DNA of 64,000 nucleotides, taken from NCBI GenBank assembly GCA_964639665.1, contig CAZXEU010000121.1, positions 48,398-112,397 of the forward strand, in the 5' to 3' direction. Of the stretch, positions 9,180-18,871 are shown piece after piece (within the stretch, counting starts at the first letter, position 1; each line of letters starts with the position of its first letter). The notes under the pieces were generated by a model, which saw only the letters and a program-made list of their open reading frames with translations, had not been told where the DNA came from and did no database searches. The stretch comes from an uncultured Rhodothermaceae bacterium (GTDB lineage: Bacteria > Bacteroidota > Rhodothermia > Rhodothermales > Bin80). Position numbers and translations under genes: made by a program.

Positions 9180-10993
9180 GCCTTTCGCGGCCGAAAATCG
9201 GTCTTTAGTATGCGAACCCTTTCCCGCTGGAGCTGCCTGATCTCCTGCAACACGCGGCTTTGCTCGGCAGGAGCCAGCTTGTGCATTTTCGCCTGCAGTG
9301 CACTCTCCTTCCTGCCCAAACGGTTCCTCTTCAGCTTCTTGATGGCATCGCTGGCCACCAAATCCGGCTGCTCGTTAAGTGCCGGTACCTCGATCCGTTT
9401 CTTCGCCCAATGCGGTGACGGTGCATAGCGATCCATCTGCACCTCCACAGCAAGCTTGCCAGCCATTTCGCTGTCGGCCTCGGCAATTCGGCTGCGGATT
9501 TCCTCTACCGGCCGGTCGCACAGCTGATAAAGCAGCGCAGCTACGTCCCGGGCAGCACCTTCCGAGAATTCGTCCAGCTCCACGTGCTCCAGCACCTGCC
9601 TGATGATTACGCCACCCCCATCCGCCATCAGCCGCAGCAGCATGCGTTCCTCGGGGGCGATGCTGGTCCTGACATCCTGCACGACGGGGGCGCGCCTGCC
9701 GCGCACAGGCTCCAGAGCGCGGCGCAGCTGCGCTTCGGGTAGTCGGAGCAGTTTCCGGGCCCGGCGAACATAGGATTCCTGCAGCAATGGGTCAGGGATG
9801 CGCCGCAGGGCCGCGATGACGTTGCGCATGGTTTCCGCCTCTCCTTCCGGGGTGCCGGCCGCACCGCTCATACGCGCGGTCTCCATCATGAATTCGACAA
9901 AGTCCCGGCGGTGCGTCCGTGCATACTCCTGGAAGGCCGCGCCCCCCTTTTCCCTTACAAAGGAATCCGGATCGAATCCCTCCGGTAGCGTTATCGCGTA
10001 AGCTGACAGGCCACCCGCGAGCACCAGGTCCACACTGCGCATGGCAGCCTTTGCACCTGCTTCGTCTGCGTCGAAGAGCAGCACCATCTGCTTTGCGTAG
10101 CGTCCGACCAGCCGGACCTGCTGCGGCGTCAGCGCCGTGCCGCACGTGGCGACCACGTGTTCCACACCTGCCTGGTGCAGGGAAATTACGTCCGTATATC
10201 CCTCCACCAGTATGGCTTCATCCTGCTTCCGTATGGCGACCCTGCCCTGGAACAGGCCGTAAAGCGCAAGGCTCTTGGAGTACACGAGCGTCTCGGGCGA
10301 GTTTATGTACTTGGGAGCGTCCGGGTCGCCGTTCAGAATCCGCCCGCCAAACCCCACCACCTTGCCCGCCTGGGAAACGATCGGAAACATGATCCGACCA
10401 CGAAAACGGTCATAGTGACCGCTACCTGTCTTCCTGGGCGCCGCCAGCCCTGCTCGCTCCAGTACGTCGGGCGCAATGTGCTGGCGAGATCCCTCCGTGA
10501 GAAGCCCGTCCCAGCCGGCCGGAGCATACCCCAGCCCAAATCGCTTGATGGTCTCCGGAAGCAGTCCGCGATCGCGCAGATAGCGCAATGCCTCCTTGCC
10601 AGGCGGAGTCGTCTGGAGCTGGGAATGGAAGTACTTGGCGGCGAATCGCAGAGCAGCATACAGCGATTCGTGTTCGGCTGCCCGTTGACGATCCTGGTCG
10701 CTTCGGGGCAATTCGATGCCGGCGCGGCCAGCCAGCTTGCGTACCGCCTCCACAAAGGAGAGCGCTTCCACCTGCATCAGGAACTGGAATACGTTGCCAC
10801 CCTTGCCACAGCCGAAGCACTTGAAGATGCCGCGGGACGGACTGACATTGAAGGACGGCGTCTTTTCGTCGTGAAAAGGACACAGTCCTACAAAGTTGCT
10901 GCCGCGCTGCCGGAGCCGTACGTGTTGCCCAACTACGCTGACAATGTCAGATGCCGCACGTACCTCGTCGATCGTGTGTTCGGGTATCCGCAT
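9176..10993 (-). CDS. dnaG: DNA primase
   Basis: It has the zinc ribbon CPFHDEKTPSFNVSPSRGIFKCFGCGKGGNVFQFLM and a TOPRIM region (LVEGYTDVISLHQAG, LLFDADEAG). The start is placed at the ATG at 10993 (MRIPEHTIDEV); the ORF extends to 11032. Confidence 0.95.
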   Translation of the reverse strand: MRIPEHTIDEVRAASDIVSVVGQHVRLRQRGSNFVGLCPFHDEKTPSFNVSPSRGIFKCFGCGKGGNVFQFLMQVEALSFVEAVRKLAGRAGIELPRSDQDRQRAAEHESLYAALRFAAKYFHSQLQTTPPGKEALRYLRDRGLLPETIKRFGLGYAPAGWDGLLTEGSRQHIAPDVLERAGLAAPRKTGSGHYDRFRGRIMFPIVSQAGKVVGFGGRILNGDPDAPKYINSPETLVYSKSLALYGLFQGRVAIRKQDEAILVEGYTDVISLHQAGVEHVVATCGTALTPQQVRLVGRYAKQMVLLFDADEAGAKAAMRSVDLVLAGGLSAYAITLPEGFDPDSFVREKGGAAFQEYARTHRRDFVEFMMETARMSGAAGTPEGEAETMRNVIAALRRIPDPLLQESYVRRARKLLRLPEAQLRRALEPVRGRRAPVVQDVRTSIAPEERMLLRLMADGGGVIIRQVLEHVELDEFSEGAARDVAALLYQLCDRPVEEIRSRIAEADSEMAGKLAVEVQMDRYAPSPHWAKKRIEVPALNEQPDLVASDAIKKLKRNRLGRKESALQAKMHKLAPAEQSRVLQEIRQLQRERVRILKTDFRPRKA

Positions 10994-11185
10994 CCGACTC
11001 CGCAGGCTTCGCTCAAGGCGCTGCCTTCTCAACCGGAGCCCTCTCGGGCTTGTCCGAACATTGGCAAGAACCGATCGTCATGCAGGAGGCGAGGAATATG
11101 GCAACCAAAACGCTCTTCATGGCGGGACCGCTCTACGTTCGCCCAAATATAAGCAACGTCCCGCGCTGCCGACACCGCACGCGCT

Positions 11186-12004
11186 TTGCGAGCCGCTCGC
11201 CTCGTCACTATTTTGTGGTCCATTCTCCACTTTGTGCCTGGGGTTTTGCTCGGCATAGACATCGGCGGCAGTGGCATCAAAGGAGCGCTGGTTGACGCCG
11301 GCACGGGTTCACTGATCGGCGATCGGCGTCGCATCGCTACACCCGAGGCTGCAACGCCTGAACAAGTGGCCGCGGTAGTCCGGGAGCTTGTTCGGCATTT
11401 CAATTGGGAGGGCGCCGTGGGTGTAGCGTTGCCCGCCCGGGTAAAGAACGGCGTTGCGCTGACGGCAGCCAATATCGATGACTCCTGGATCGGTACCGAC
11501 GCCGCCGAGCTCTTCAAGGCGAGCACAGGATGCGAGGCCGTGGTCCTCAACGACGCCGACGCTGCCGGTCTTGCCGAAATGACATTTGGCGCGGGCCGCG
11601 GCGCTGCCGGTGTGGCACTGGTCCTGACCTTCGGAACCGGAATCGGATCGGCGCTCTTCGTGGATGGGCACCTTGTGCCGAACACGGAATTTGGGCACCT
11701 CGAGCTGCGCGGCGGAGTAGCGGAAGCGTATGCCGCCGGAAGTGCAAGAAAGCGGGAGAGTCTGACCTGGGATGAATGGGCAGGCCGCGCGCAGGAATAC
11801 CTGAGTTACGTCGAATTCATCTTCGCGCCCGATCTCATTGTTCTGGGCGGCGGCATCAGCCGCCCGAAGCGGGCCAGGAAGTATCTCCATCTGCTATCCA
11901 CAAGGGCAAGACTGGTGCTGGCCCAGCTCCAAAACGAGGCCGGCATCGTGGGAGCTGCCTGTGCGGCCTCCAGGACCGGCTCTGACGCGAAGCTGCAGCT
12001 GTAA
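11186..12004 (+). CDS. ppgK: ROK-family polyphosphate glucokinase
   Basis: It has the ATP/polyP-binding start [16 protein letters not shown], plus [10 protein letters not shown] and [10 protein letters not shown]. The frame has no ATG: candidate starts are TTG 11186, GTG 11234 and TTG 11246, so the 5' end is uncertain. Confidence 0.8.
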   Translation: MRAARLVTILWSILHFVPGVLLGIDIGGSGIKGALVDAGTGSLIGDRRRIATPEAATPEQVAAVVRELVRHFNWEGAVGVALPARVKNGVALTAANIDDSWIGTDAAELFKASTGCEAVVLNDADAAGLAEMTFGAGRGAAGVALVLTFGTGIGSALFVDGHLVPNTEFGHLELRGGVAEAYAAGSARKRESLTWDEWAGRAQEYLSYVEFIFAPDLIVLGGGISRPKRARKYLHLLSTRARLVLAQLQNEAGIVGAACAASRTGSDAKLQL

Positions 12005-12005
12005 C

Positions 12006-12824
12006 GTGGAACTGCGCGAGCGCATCCTCCAACATGCGCGCGCAGGCGCGGATGATCCAGGAGCGGAGGAGGCCGTTCGGGACTTGCTGGAGGCCCTGGG
12101 CAACGGAGAAGTGCGAGCAGCCGAGCGCGACGATTCCGGGGCCTGGTCCGCGAACGCCTGGGTAAAGGAAGGTCTGCTGCTCGGCTTCCGAATCGGGCGC
12201 CTGGAGGACCTCTCCGCCGCCGGCCTGCCCTTTTTTGACAAGCACACCTACCCGCTGAAACAGCTCGGGCCGGGGCATGGCGTGCGACTGGTACCCGGAG
12301 GCTCGGCCATTCGCAGCGGCGCATTTGTGGCCTCCGGCGTGGTTTGCATGCCGCCCATGTACATAAACACCGGTGCCTACGTAGACGGCGGCACCATGAT
12401 TGATTCCCATGCGCTGGTGGGCAGCTGCGCGCAAATCGGAAAGCGCGTACATCTTTCCGCAGCAGCCCAAATCGGCGGCGTTCTGGAACCGGCCGGGGCA
12501 TTGCCTGTCATCATTGAGGACGATGTCTTTGTCGGAGGCGGCTGCGGCCTATATGAGGGCTGTATTGTCCGCCGGGCCGCGGTGCTGGCTCCCGGCGTCG
12601 TGCTTACCGGTTCCACGCGGCTCTTCGATCTGGTATTCGGGCGAATCATTGAGCCTCACCCGAGCTTGGAGATTCCGGAAGGCGCCGTCGTGGTGCCCGG
12701 CACGCGCGCCGCCGGAGGCCCCTTTGCGAAGCAGCACGGCCTGGGACTCTATGCGCCCGTTATCGTGAAGTACCGGGACAGAAAAACTGACGCGGCCGTA
12801 GCACTTGAGTCCGCGCTGCGCTAA
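12006..12824 (+). CDS. dapD: 2,3,4,5-tetrahydropyridine-2,6-dicarboxylate N-succinyltransferase
   Basis: It has WVKEGLLLGFR, FFDKHTYPLK and hexapeptide repeats (GAYVDGGTMIDSHALVGSCAQIGKRVHLSAAAQIGGVLEP...IIEDDVFVGGGCG). The GTG at 12006 lies just after the ppgK stop. The longer ORF from 11838 overlaps ppgK and is rejected. Confidence 0.85.
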   Translation: MELRERILQHARAGADDPGAEEAVRDLLEALGNGEVRAAERDDSGAWSANAWVKEGLLLGFRIGRLEDLSAAGLPFFDKHTYPLKQLGPGHGVRLVPGGSAIRSGAFVASGVVCMPPMYINTGAYVDGGTMIDSHALVGSCAQIGKRVHLSAAAQIGGVLEPAGALPVIIEDDVFVGGGCGLYEGCIVRRAAVLAPGVVLTGSTRLFDLVFGRIIEPHPSLEIPEGAVVVPGTRAAGGPFAKQHGLGLYAPVIVKYRDRKTDAAVALESALR

Positions 12825-13360
12825 GGACGCTGCGCCTCCAGGACGTCTGCCGGGGCAATAAACGCGTCGGCAAAGCGTCTTTCCACAATGTCGAGCATAG
12901 CCTCCGCCTCCGTACGCGTCAGGAAATTGCCCAACCGCACCCGATAGTATGGAGCGCGAAATTCCTGGTAGACCGGAGGCGGCATGACCTCTCTCGGATA
13001 GGCCTGGTCAAGAATACCTGTGTCGCGCAGCGCACGCCACCACGACACGGCCTCCGCAGCCAGCATGTCGGCATTCTCCTTCTCTGTCGTGGAGGCAATC
13101 TCGATCCGGAACCCGGACCGGGTCCTGGGCACCAGTGGGTCCTGCGTCCGTCCACTGAGAAGTGCTTCAGGCACGTCATGCTGCGGATCCGGGAGGGCTG
13201 CGGGAGGCTCCTCCACATAGCGGCTGATGTCGAGCGTTTCGTGTTCGAGCACTTCCTCGCCCGCACCCTCCTCCTCTTCCCGTACAAGCGGCTCCACGCC
13301 CGTACCAGGCCCGGAACAGGCCGCAAGCACGAGCAGCCAGGCCAGCGACCTACGCCTCAT
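12821..13360 (-). CDS. SPOR domain lipoprotein
   Basis: It has the lipobox [17 protein letters not shown] (ATG at 13360) and a C-terminal SPOR-like region ([25 protein letters not shown]...[18 protein letters not shown]). Confidence 0.7.
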   Translation of the reverse strand: MRRRSLAWLLVLAACSGPGTGVEPLVREEEEGAGEEVLEHETLDISRYVEEPPAALPDPQHDVPEALLSGRTQDPLVPRTRSGFRIEIASTTEKENADMLAAEAVSWWRALRDTGILDQAYPREVMPPPVYQEFRAPYYRVRLGNFLTRTEAEAMLDIVERRFADAFIAPADVLEAQRP

Positions 13361-14198
13361 GCCCGCATCCCTCCACGATGGCCACAGAAGCGCTGGCGCC
13401 AATGCGCGTTGCCCCACTAGCCAGCATCGCCAGCGCGTCGTCATGCGACGTAAGACCTCCGGAGGCCTTGACGCCCAAGGAATCACCGACTACCCGGCGC
13501 ATCAGCGCAACGTCATGGGCAGTGGCCCCTCCGCCGGAAAATCCCGTCGAAGTCTTGACGAAATCCGCACCGGCGTCCTTTGCCAGACGGCAGGCAGTCA
13601 CCTTCTCCTCGTCTGTCAGCAGCGCACACTCAAGAATGACCTTGACCATGGCCATGCTCCCCGCCTCGTCTACGACTGCCGCGATTTCCTTTGCCACGTC
13701 CGAGTACTGGCCGCCCTTCAGCCTTCCGACATTGAGTACCATATCGAGCTCTGTGGCCCCGTCCGCCATGGCCGCTGCCGCTTCTGCCACTTTCGTTTCA
13801 GTCCTGTTGGCACCCAGCGGGAAGCCAACCACCGAACATACCGCCACATCCCCTGTTGACAGCGTCGCCGCGGCGAGCTCCACATTGCAAGGATTCACGC
13901 AGACGGAGGCAAAGCAGTAGTGCTCCGCTTCCGCGCAGAGTCTTCTTACATCCTTTTGCGTTACGTCCGGCTTCAGAGCCGTATGATCGATGAGGCGAGC
14001 CAGGGAACGCGCGAGATCACTCACAGCCTGGAATCGCCCGAGCACACGGTCGCTTCGCATGCCCACGCGGCAAGCACCGGCGTCGACCATGTCATGTAGC
14101 GCCCCGAGAAGGTACCTGTCAGAGTACTCGGGGATGCCGGCCTCCGACACTCGTTCGCGGAGGCGCGCCACGATCTCAGCCTGTTGATCCGCATTCAT
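13350..14198 (-). CDS. deoC: Deoxyribose-phosphate aldolase
   Basis: It has [33 protein letters not shown], and the Schiff-base lysine context DFVKTSTGF. The start is placed at the ATG at 14198 (MNADQQ), which avoids overlap with the divergent btuF-like gene. Confidence 0.85.
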   Translation of the reverse strand: MNADQQAEIVARLRERVSEAGIPEYSDRYLLGALHDMVDAGACRVGMRSDRVLGRFQAVSDLARSLARLIDHTALKPDVTQKDVRRLCAEAEHYCFASVCVNPCNVELAAATLSTGDVAVCSVVGFPLGANRTETKVAEAAAAMADGATELDMVLNVGRLKGGQYSDVAKEIAAVVDEAGSMAMVKVILECALLTDEEKVTACRLAKDAGADFVKTSTGFSGGGATAHDVALMRRVVGDSLGVKASGGLTSHDDALAMLASGATRIGASASVAIVEGCGHEA

Positions 14199-14233
14199 AC
14201 CTTTGAAGATACCATCCTGACGCCATTGCTGAT

Positions 14234-15118
14234 ATGCAGCTTCGCTTGCAGCTAGTCGCGCTTCTGGCCGGTCTTGCCGCGTGCGGTCCGTCGTCTGACG
14301 CAACCAATCGCACGGAGATAACGGACGATCTGGACAGAACCGTATACGTACCACGAGAAATCCGGCGTGTGGCAAGCCTTGCACCGAGCGTTACGGAAAT
14401 AGTTTTTGCGGCCGGAGCCGGTCACATGCTTGTCGGCGTGACGGACGCCGATGATTATCCGCCCGCAGTCCACGCGCTTCCGCACTTCAGTGCCCTTCCC
14501 ATCGATTTCGAGGCAGTGCTCGCGCTGGACCCCGATCTGGTCCTGGCATCGGACCAGATCAACAGTCCCCGGGATGCGGCCACGTTTGCGGCAACCGGCA
14601 TACCTACGTATTTCCTGTCCGTCGACCGTGTCGAAGGCATGCTTCGGGCAATCGACAGGATGGCGGGACTACTAGGAACACAAAACTCGGTCACAGATTC
14701 GCTGCGCGCATCACTGCGCCGGCTGCGCCTAGTGACAGAAAGTGCATCCGAGCGTCCTTTGACCCTGTTTCTGATCAGTGACGAGACCCTGTACAGCTTC
14801 GGGCGCGGAAGTTACATTCACGAAGTGATCGAAATCGCCGGTGGACGGAGCATCACGGCGGAGTTTGACAGCAGGGCACCCGTTCTCAGCGACGAATTCG
14901 TGCTAGTGGAAAAGCCCGAGGTTATAGTGGGCTCCTTCGGTCAGTCGTACGATCCCAACCAGCTGGTATTGCTGCATCCCACGTGGGACATCGTGCCTGC
15001 AGTCACGGAGGGCAGGGTTTTCAGCGTGGAAGGGGACCTGTTTCTCCGTCCGGGTCCCAGGCTGGTAACCGGAGCATGGCAACTGGCGAAGCTATTGCAT
15101 CCCGACCTGATTCCATGA
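14234..15118 (+). CDS. ABC transporter periplasmic binding protein, BtuF/FhuD-like (cobalamin or Fe-siderophore)
   Basis: It has the lipobox [38 protein letters not shown] and LDPDLVLAS are typical of class III (helical backbone) binding proteins. Confidence 0.75.
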   Translation: MQLRLQLVALLAGLAACGPSSDATNRTEITDDLDRTVYVPREIRRVASLAPSVTEIVFAAGAGHMLVGVTDADDYPPAVHALPHFSALPIDFEAVLALDPDLVLASDQINSPRDAATFAATGIPTYFLSVDRVEGMLRAIDRMAGLLGTQNSVTDSLRASLRRLRLVTESASERPLTLFLISDETLYSFGRGSYIHEVIEIAGGRSITAEFDSRAPVLSDEFVLVEKPEVIVGSFGQSYDPNQLVLLHPTWDIVPAVTEGRVFSVEGDLFLRPGPRLVTGAWQLAKLLHPDLIP

Positions 15119-16140
15119 CACGGACATTGGCAGCAGTCGGGATACTGGTTGTGCTTATCGTCTTCACCGTAGGCGTGGCGGCTTCTGTAGGAGAAGACCT
15201 GGGACGGGCCGAAGTATGGCGCGTGCTCCGGTACCGCCTGTTCTTTGGCCACGCGCCCGAGCCATCCATTACCGCGGAGCGAATTGTCTGGCAGCTTCGC
15301 ATGCCGCGCGCCGCTCTGGCCATACTGGTTGGCGGCGGACTCGCCATCGTGGGAGCAGCCATGCAGACTCTCGTGCGCAATCCCCTCGCAGAACCCTATA
15401 TACTGGGAATTTCCAGCGGGGCATCCGCGGGAGCATCCCTCTTCTACCTGGGCTTTCTGCCGCCGATTCTTTCGAAGGGGTTGTCCATGCCTGTAGCTGC
15501 CTTTCTCGGTGGACTTGGCGCGATAACCGTAGTCTATTTTGTTGCCGCGAACGGGAGACGCGTATCCGTGGCGCGGCTGCTGCTGGCGGGCGTGGCCATG
15601 GCCGCACTTATGGGCTCGGTTACCAGCTTCATTACATACTCGTCGCCGGAGCCGGACAAGTTGAGAGCGGTGCTTTTCTGGCTGCTCGGGTCACTTCACC
15701 ACGCCACATGGTCACTCGTGCCGCTGCCGGCCGTGGTCTGCACCGCCGGCCTGGCGGTACTGATGGCCCTGACTCGGCCGCTTGACGCGATGCTGATGGG
15801 CGAGGAAGCCGCACAGTCCCTGGGCGTTTCCGTCGAAGGCACGAAGCGCCTGCTTATTGTTCTCGCTGCCGTTGTAACAGGAACCTTGGTCGCGGTAAGC
15901 GGCGCTATTGGTTTTGTGGGGCTGATAGTGCCGCACGCCGTAAGGTCTGCCGTAGGTGTGGGCCACCGCAGGCTGCTGCCAGTATCCTTCGCAGCCGGGG
16001 CGCTGTTTCTGTTGTGGGCCGACCTTGCCGCGCGGGCCCTGCTGCCGTCGGAGAACCTCCCCGTGGGCATCATTACGGCTCTTTGCGGCGTGCCGTTCTT
16101 CCTTGTTCTGCTTCGCCGAACCGAGTACGCATTCGGCTGA
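15115..16140 (+). CDS. FecCD-family ABC permease (BtuC/FhuB-like)
   Basis: It has RMPRAALAILVGGGLAIVGAAMQTLVRNPLAEPYILGISSGAS and GAIGFVGLIVPH. Its ATG at 15115 overlaps the upstream stop (ATGA). Confidence 0.85.
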   Translation: MTRTLAAVGILVVLIVFTVGVAASVGEDLGRAEVWRVLRYRLFFGHAPEPSITAERIVWQLRMPRAALAILVGGGLAIVGAAMQTLVRNPLAEPYILGISSGASAGASLFYLGFLPPILSKGLSMPVAAFLGGLGAITVVYFVAANGRRVSVARLLLAGVAMAALMGSVTSFITYSSPEPDKLRAVLFWLLGSLHHATWSLVPLPAVVCTAGLAVLMALTRPLDAMLMGEEAAQSLGVSVEGTKRLLIVLAAVVTGTLVAVSGAIGFVGLIVPHAVRSAVGVGHRRLLPVSFAAGALFLLWADLAARALLPSENLPVGIITALCGVPFFLVLLRRTEYAFG

Positions 16141-16203
16141 TTCCTCTGAACTCTTGGTCAGAGGCTTCGTAACAGGCTCGCCTGAATATGCCGCCTAGAC
16201 GGG

Positions 16204-17229
16204 ATGGTTGAGCCTGCTCTTACCGAAAGCGTTCTGCAGGTCGCGCAGCAGCGCGGCAGTTGGACGCTAAAGGAAATCCAGGCGGTTATCGGCGATGAAC
16301 TAGGCGTGTTTCGCCGGTACTTCAGGGAGGAGATCCGGTCGCGCTCGGGCCTCCTGGACAAGGTGCTGCAGTATATACTTCGGCAGAAGGGCAAGCAGAT
16401 CCGGCCTACCCTCGTGCTGCTTTCCGCGAAAGCCTGTGGCGGCGTTACGGAGAAGAGCTATCGAGCTGCCGCACTGGTTGAGCTTCTACACACCGCCACG
16501 CTCGTTCATGACGATGTCGTGGACGAGGCCGAGACGCGAAGAGCCGCCTTTTCGATTAATGCCCTGTGGGGCAACAAGGTTGCCGTGCTCCTGGGTGACT
16601 TTCTCCTTAGCCGGGGCCTGCTGCTTGCCCTGCGCTACCATGACTACGAGATCCTGCATATCCTCTCCGAAGCGGTTCGCCGCATGAGCGAAGGGGAGCT
16701 CCGGCAGGTGGACAAGGCCCGCCGCCTGGACATGGACGAAGAGGCCTACCTCAGAATAATCTCGGACAAGACCGCCTCGCTGCTTTCGGCGTGCACGGCC
16801 TGCGGAGCGCGTAGCGCGGACGCCGACGCGGAATCCGTAGTGCACATGCAGGAGGTCGGAGAGTGCCTGGGGCTAGCCTTCCAGATCCGTGACGATCTCC
16901 TGGACTATTCGTCCGGCGGCATCGGCAAGCCAGTGGGCCGCGACCTGCAGAAGAAGCAGCTAACGCTTCCGCTCATACACGCTCTCCGCATTGCGGAGCC
17001 CGGCCCGCGGAGCCAGATCATGCGTATTGTGCGCAAGCGCAGCAAGAACCGCGATGACCGGCGACGTGTAGTGAGCTTCGCGGAGGAGTTTGGCGGAATC
17101 GCCTATGCCGAGCAGCGCATGAAAGAGTACGCGGACAACGCCCGGTCGCTGCTGCTGCAGCTGGACGCTTCGCCGGCCAGGGATGCGCTCGATGCCCTCG
17201 CCTGCTACATCGTGACGCGCAAGAAGTAA
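16204..17229 (+). CDS. ispB: Polyprenyl diphosphate synthase (IspB-like, long chain)
   Basis: It has the two aspartate-rich motifs LVHDDVVDEAETRR and FQIRDDLLDY. Confidence 0.9.
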   Translation: MVEPALTESVLQVAQQRGSWTLKEIQAVIGDELGVFRRYFREEIRSRSGLLDKVLQYILRQKGKQIRPTLVLLSAKACGGVTEKSYRAAALVELLHTATLVHDDVVDEAETRRAAFSINALWGNKVAVLLGDFLLSRGLLLALRYHDYEILHILSEAVRRMSEGELRQVDKARRLDMDEEAYLRIISDKTASLLSACTACGARSADADAESVVHMQEVGECLGLAFQIRDDLLDYSSGGIGKPVGRDLQKKQLTLPLIHALRIAEPGPRSQIMRIVRKRSKNRDDRRRVVSFAEEFGGIAYAEQRMKEYADNARSLLLQLDASPARDALDALACYIVTRKK

Positions 17230-17237
17230 CGCTGGTC

Positions 17238-17984
17238 ATGGCCAATCTTCACCTGTTGGGCACGGGTGCGGCGCTGTCCGACCTGCCATTGACCACAACC
17301 ATGCTGGCCGTGACCGACGGATCCTCGTCACTGATTATCGACTGCGGCGGCGATCTCATGCAGCGGTTACTGGCCGCTGGCATCGCCCAGGAATCGATAG
17401 ATGCCCTCTTCCTGACCCACGAGCATCCGGACCACATTGGCGGGTTCCCGCTCCTGATGCGAAAGCTGTCCTTGAGTCGACGCCGCGAGCCACTGCCCAT
17501 TTGCGGGCCGCAGCCCACTCTTGATCAGGTCCGCAGAACCTTTGGAACGTACGATACCAGTCGGTGGAAGCACACGTTCGAGTTGTCCTGGCGACCCGTC
17601 CCGCTTGCCAGGCGGCAGCTGGCCTACCGGGACGCAAACTGGGAGGTTCGTACGAGCCCAACCCGTCATTCTGCACCGGGCATTGGCCTGCGCATTACGC
17701 ATGTGCCGTCCGCCGGGGTTGTGGCCTATTCATCCGACACAAGCCGCTCTCCGCTGATTGCGGAGTTGGCGACCGGGGCAGACATTCTGGTCCACGAGGC
17801 CACCGGGCCGTACGCGGGACACGCGACGGCCGCCGAGGGCGCCATTGTGGCCAGGGAGGCCGGAGCTGGGAAGCTGCTACTGGTACACTTCATCCAGCAG
17901 CCCACTGCGCAGGAAATGCAGGACGTACGAAAGATCTTCGAGCATGCGGAGATAGGAAAGGAGCTGGGAGCGTACGATTTCTGA
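17238..17984 (+). CDS. MBL-fold metallo-hydrolase (RNase Z-like)
   Basis: It has the HxHxDH motif LTHEHPDHIGG and an N-terminal LLGTG...IIDCG. Confidence 0.8.
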   Translation: MANLHLLGTGAALSDLPLTTTMLAVTDGSSSLIIDCGGDLMQRLLAAGIAQESIDALFLTHEHPDHIGGFPLLMRKLSLSRRREPLPICGPQPTLDQVRRTFGTYDTSRWKHTFELSWRPVPLARRQLAYRDANWEVRTSPTRHSAPGIGLRITHVPSAGVVAYSSDTSRSPLIAELATGADILVHEATGPYAGHATAAEGAIVAREAGAGKLLLVHFIQQPTAQEMQDVRKIFEHAEIGKELGAYDF

Positions 17985-18114
17985 GCGCCAGTGCCCAGAC
18001 GAACAGCATGGCGCAGATACAGCGGGTGCGACGACACGTGCAGGTTGCCGAATTCAACGAGCGCCAGCGCCGCCGTTGCCGATGCCCAGCCCCCGAAACG
18101 CCTGCATCGGGGAT

Positions 18115-18405
18115 CTAGCAGACAATGCCATTGTCATCGTCGGCTGCTGCGCTTGGCACGCTCCTTCGCGGCGTGTGCGTCCCGGCTATCGTTCAAGCCC
18201 TCGGCTGAATTCGTTGGGTGTTCCACTTTGCGCAACGCCTGCCACGTCACAGGCATATGGAGAGAGCAGCCAAGGGATGCCACGGGCCGCTTGGCAACCT
18301 CCGACGGTGCAGGCTCCATGGTCCGGACGGCAAATACCGCGCATGGCCTGCGCAAAGTGTGCCTGGAATCAACCTAATGCCACAAACCGACTGTTCGTGG
18401 CAGCG
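18115..18405 (-). pseudogene. Possible decayed hepT (DUF86 / HEPN toxin) remnant
   Basis: It lies immediately downstream of mntA, where hepT normally sits. No intact ORF is present. Fragments in three frames resemble DUF86 segments as I remember them:
- HFAQAMRGI, compared with HIRDAIDRI
- VRTMEPAPSEVAKRP, compared with VRNLEIIGEAAKRL
- PVTWQALRKVEH, compared with VPWRRIAGMRDRVIH, with an apparent deletion
- NEFSRGLE, compared with HDYFGVDLE
There is an in-frame TGA and at least two frame changes. This is eye alignment only. Confidence 0.35.
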
Positions 18406-18768
18406 TCACGCCGGGTAAATCACCCTCGCGGATCCCAGTATCGCCTTCCGGCGAATGTAATTCCGGCTCATCTCCACAGCGGTACGGTGAACCAGGTCGA
18501 CCCTCCGGCCTAGTATATCGGCCAGTTCCCACTCCATCCGGACGATTCCGAACAGGCCGGGAGTGTTCTCAGACCTGAAGCGGACGAGTATGTCGATGTC
18601 GCTCTCGCGCCCGAAATCGTCTCGAACTGCGGAACCGAATACAGCAAGCTCCGACGCACCCCAGCGCTCGCATAACGTCTCAATGGAATGCATGCTTGTG
18701 CCGATCCGTAATACCAGGCGCTCCCGGTCGTCACCACCGTCAGAATCCTGCTGCCCTGGCATTGCCAT
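18406..18768 (-). CDS. Nucleotidyltransferase-domain protein (MntA-like type VII antitoxin)
   Basis: It has the GS-x10-D-x-D motif LAVFGSAVRDDFGRESDIDILVRF and the C-terminal GRRVDLVHRTAVEMSRNYIRRKAILGSARVIY. An alternative ATG start lies at 18693. Confidence 0.75.
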   Translation of the reverse strand: MAMPGQQDSDGGDDRERLVLRIGTSMHSIETLCERWGASELAVFGSAVRDDFGRESDIDILVRFRSENTPGLFGIVRMEWELADILGRRVDLVHRTAVEMSRNYIRRKAILGSARVIYPA

Positions 18769-18871
18769 GCATCCATCCCTCTATCTACAGGCCCGTCACG
18801 CCCCGGCCATCCCTGGCACCGTCCATGCATGAATTTGCGGCGCCAACCGAGTGTCCACCGGCAGACCTCGT

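Noticed and set aside
14199-14233. A cobalamin riboswitch upstream of the BtuF-like gene.
   Set aside because: Only 35 nt separate it from the divergent deoC start. That is far too short for a B12 element, and no B12-box-like sequence is present.
13350-14384. DeoC as a 344-aa protein with a long novel N-terminal domain.
   Set aside because: The first 62 codons overlap the divergent btuF-like promoter and start region and look non-coding. The ATG at 14198 gives a 283-aa protein, which is within the range of long-form DeoC/DERA enzymes.
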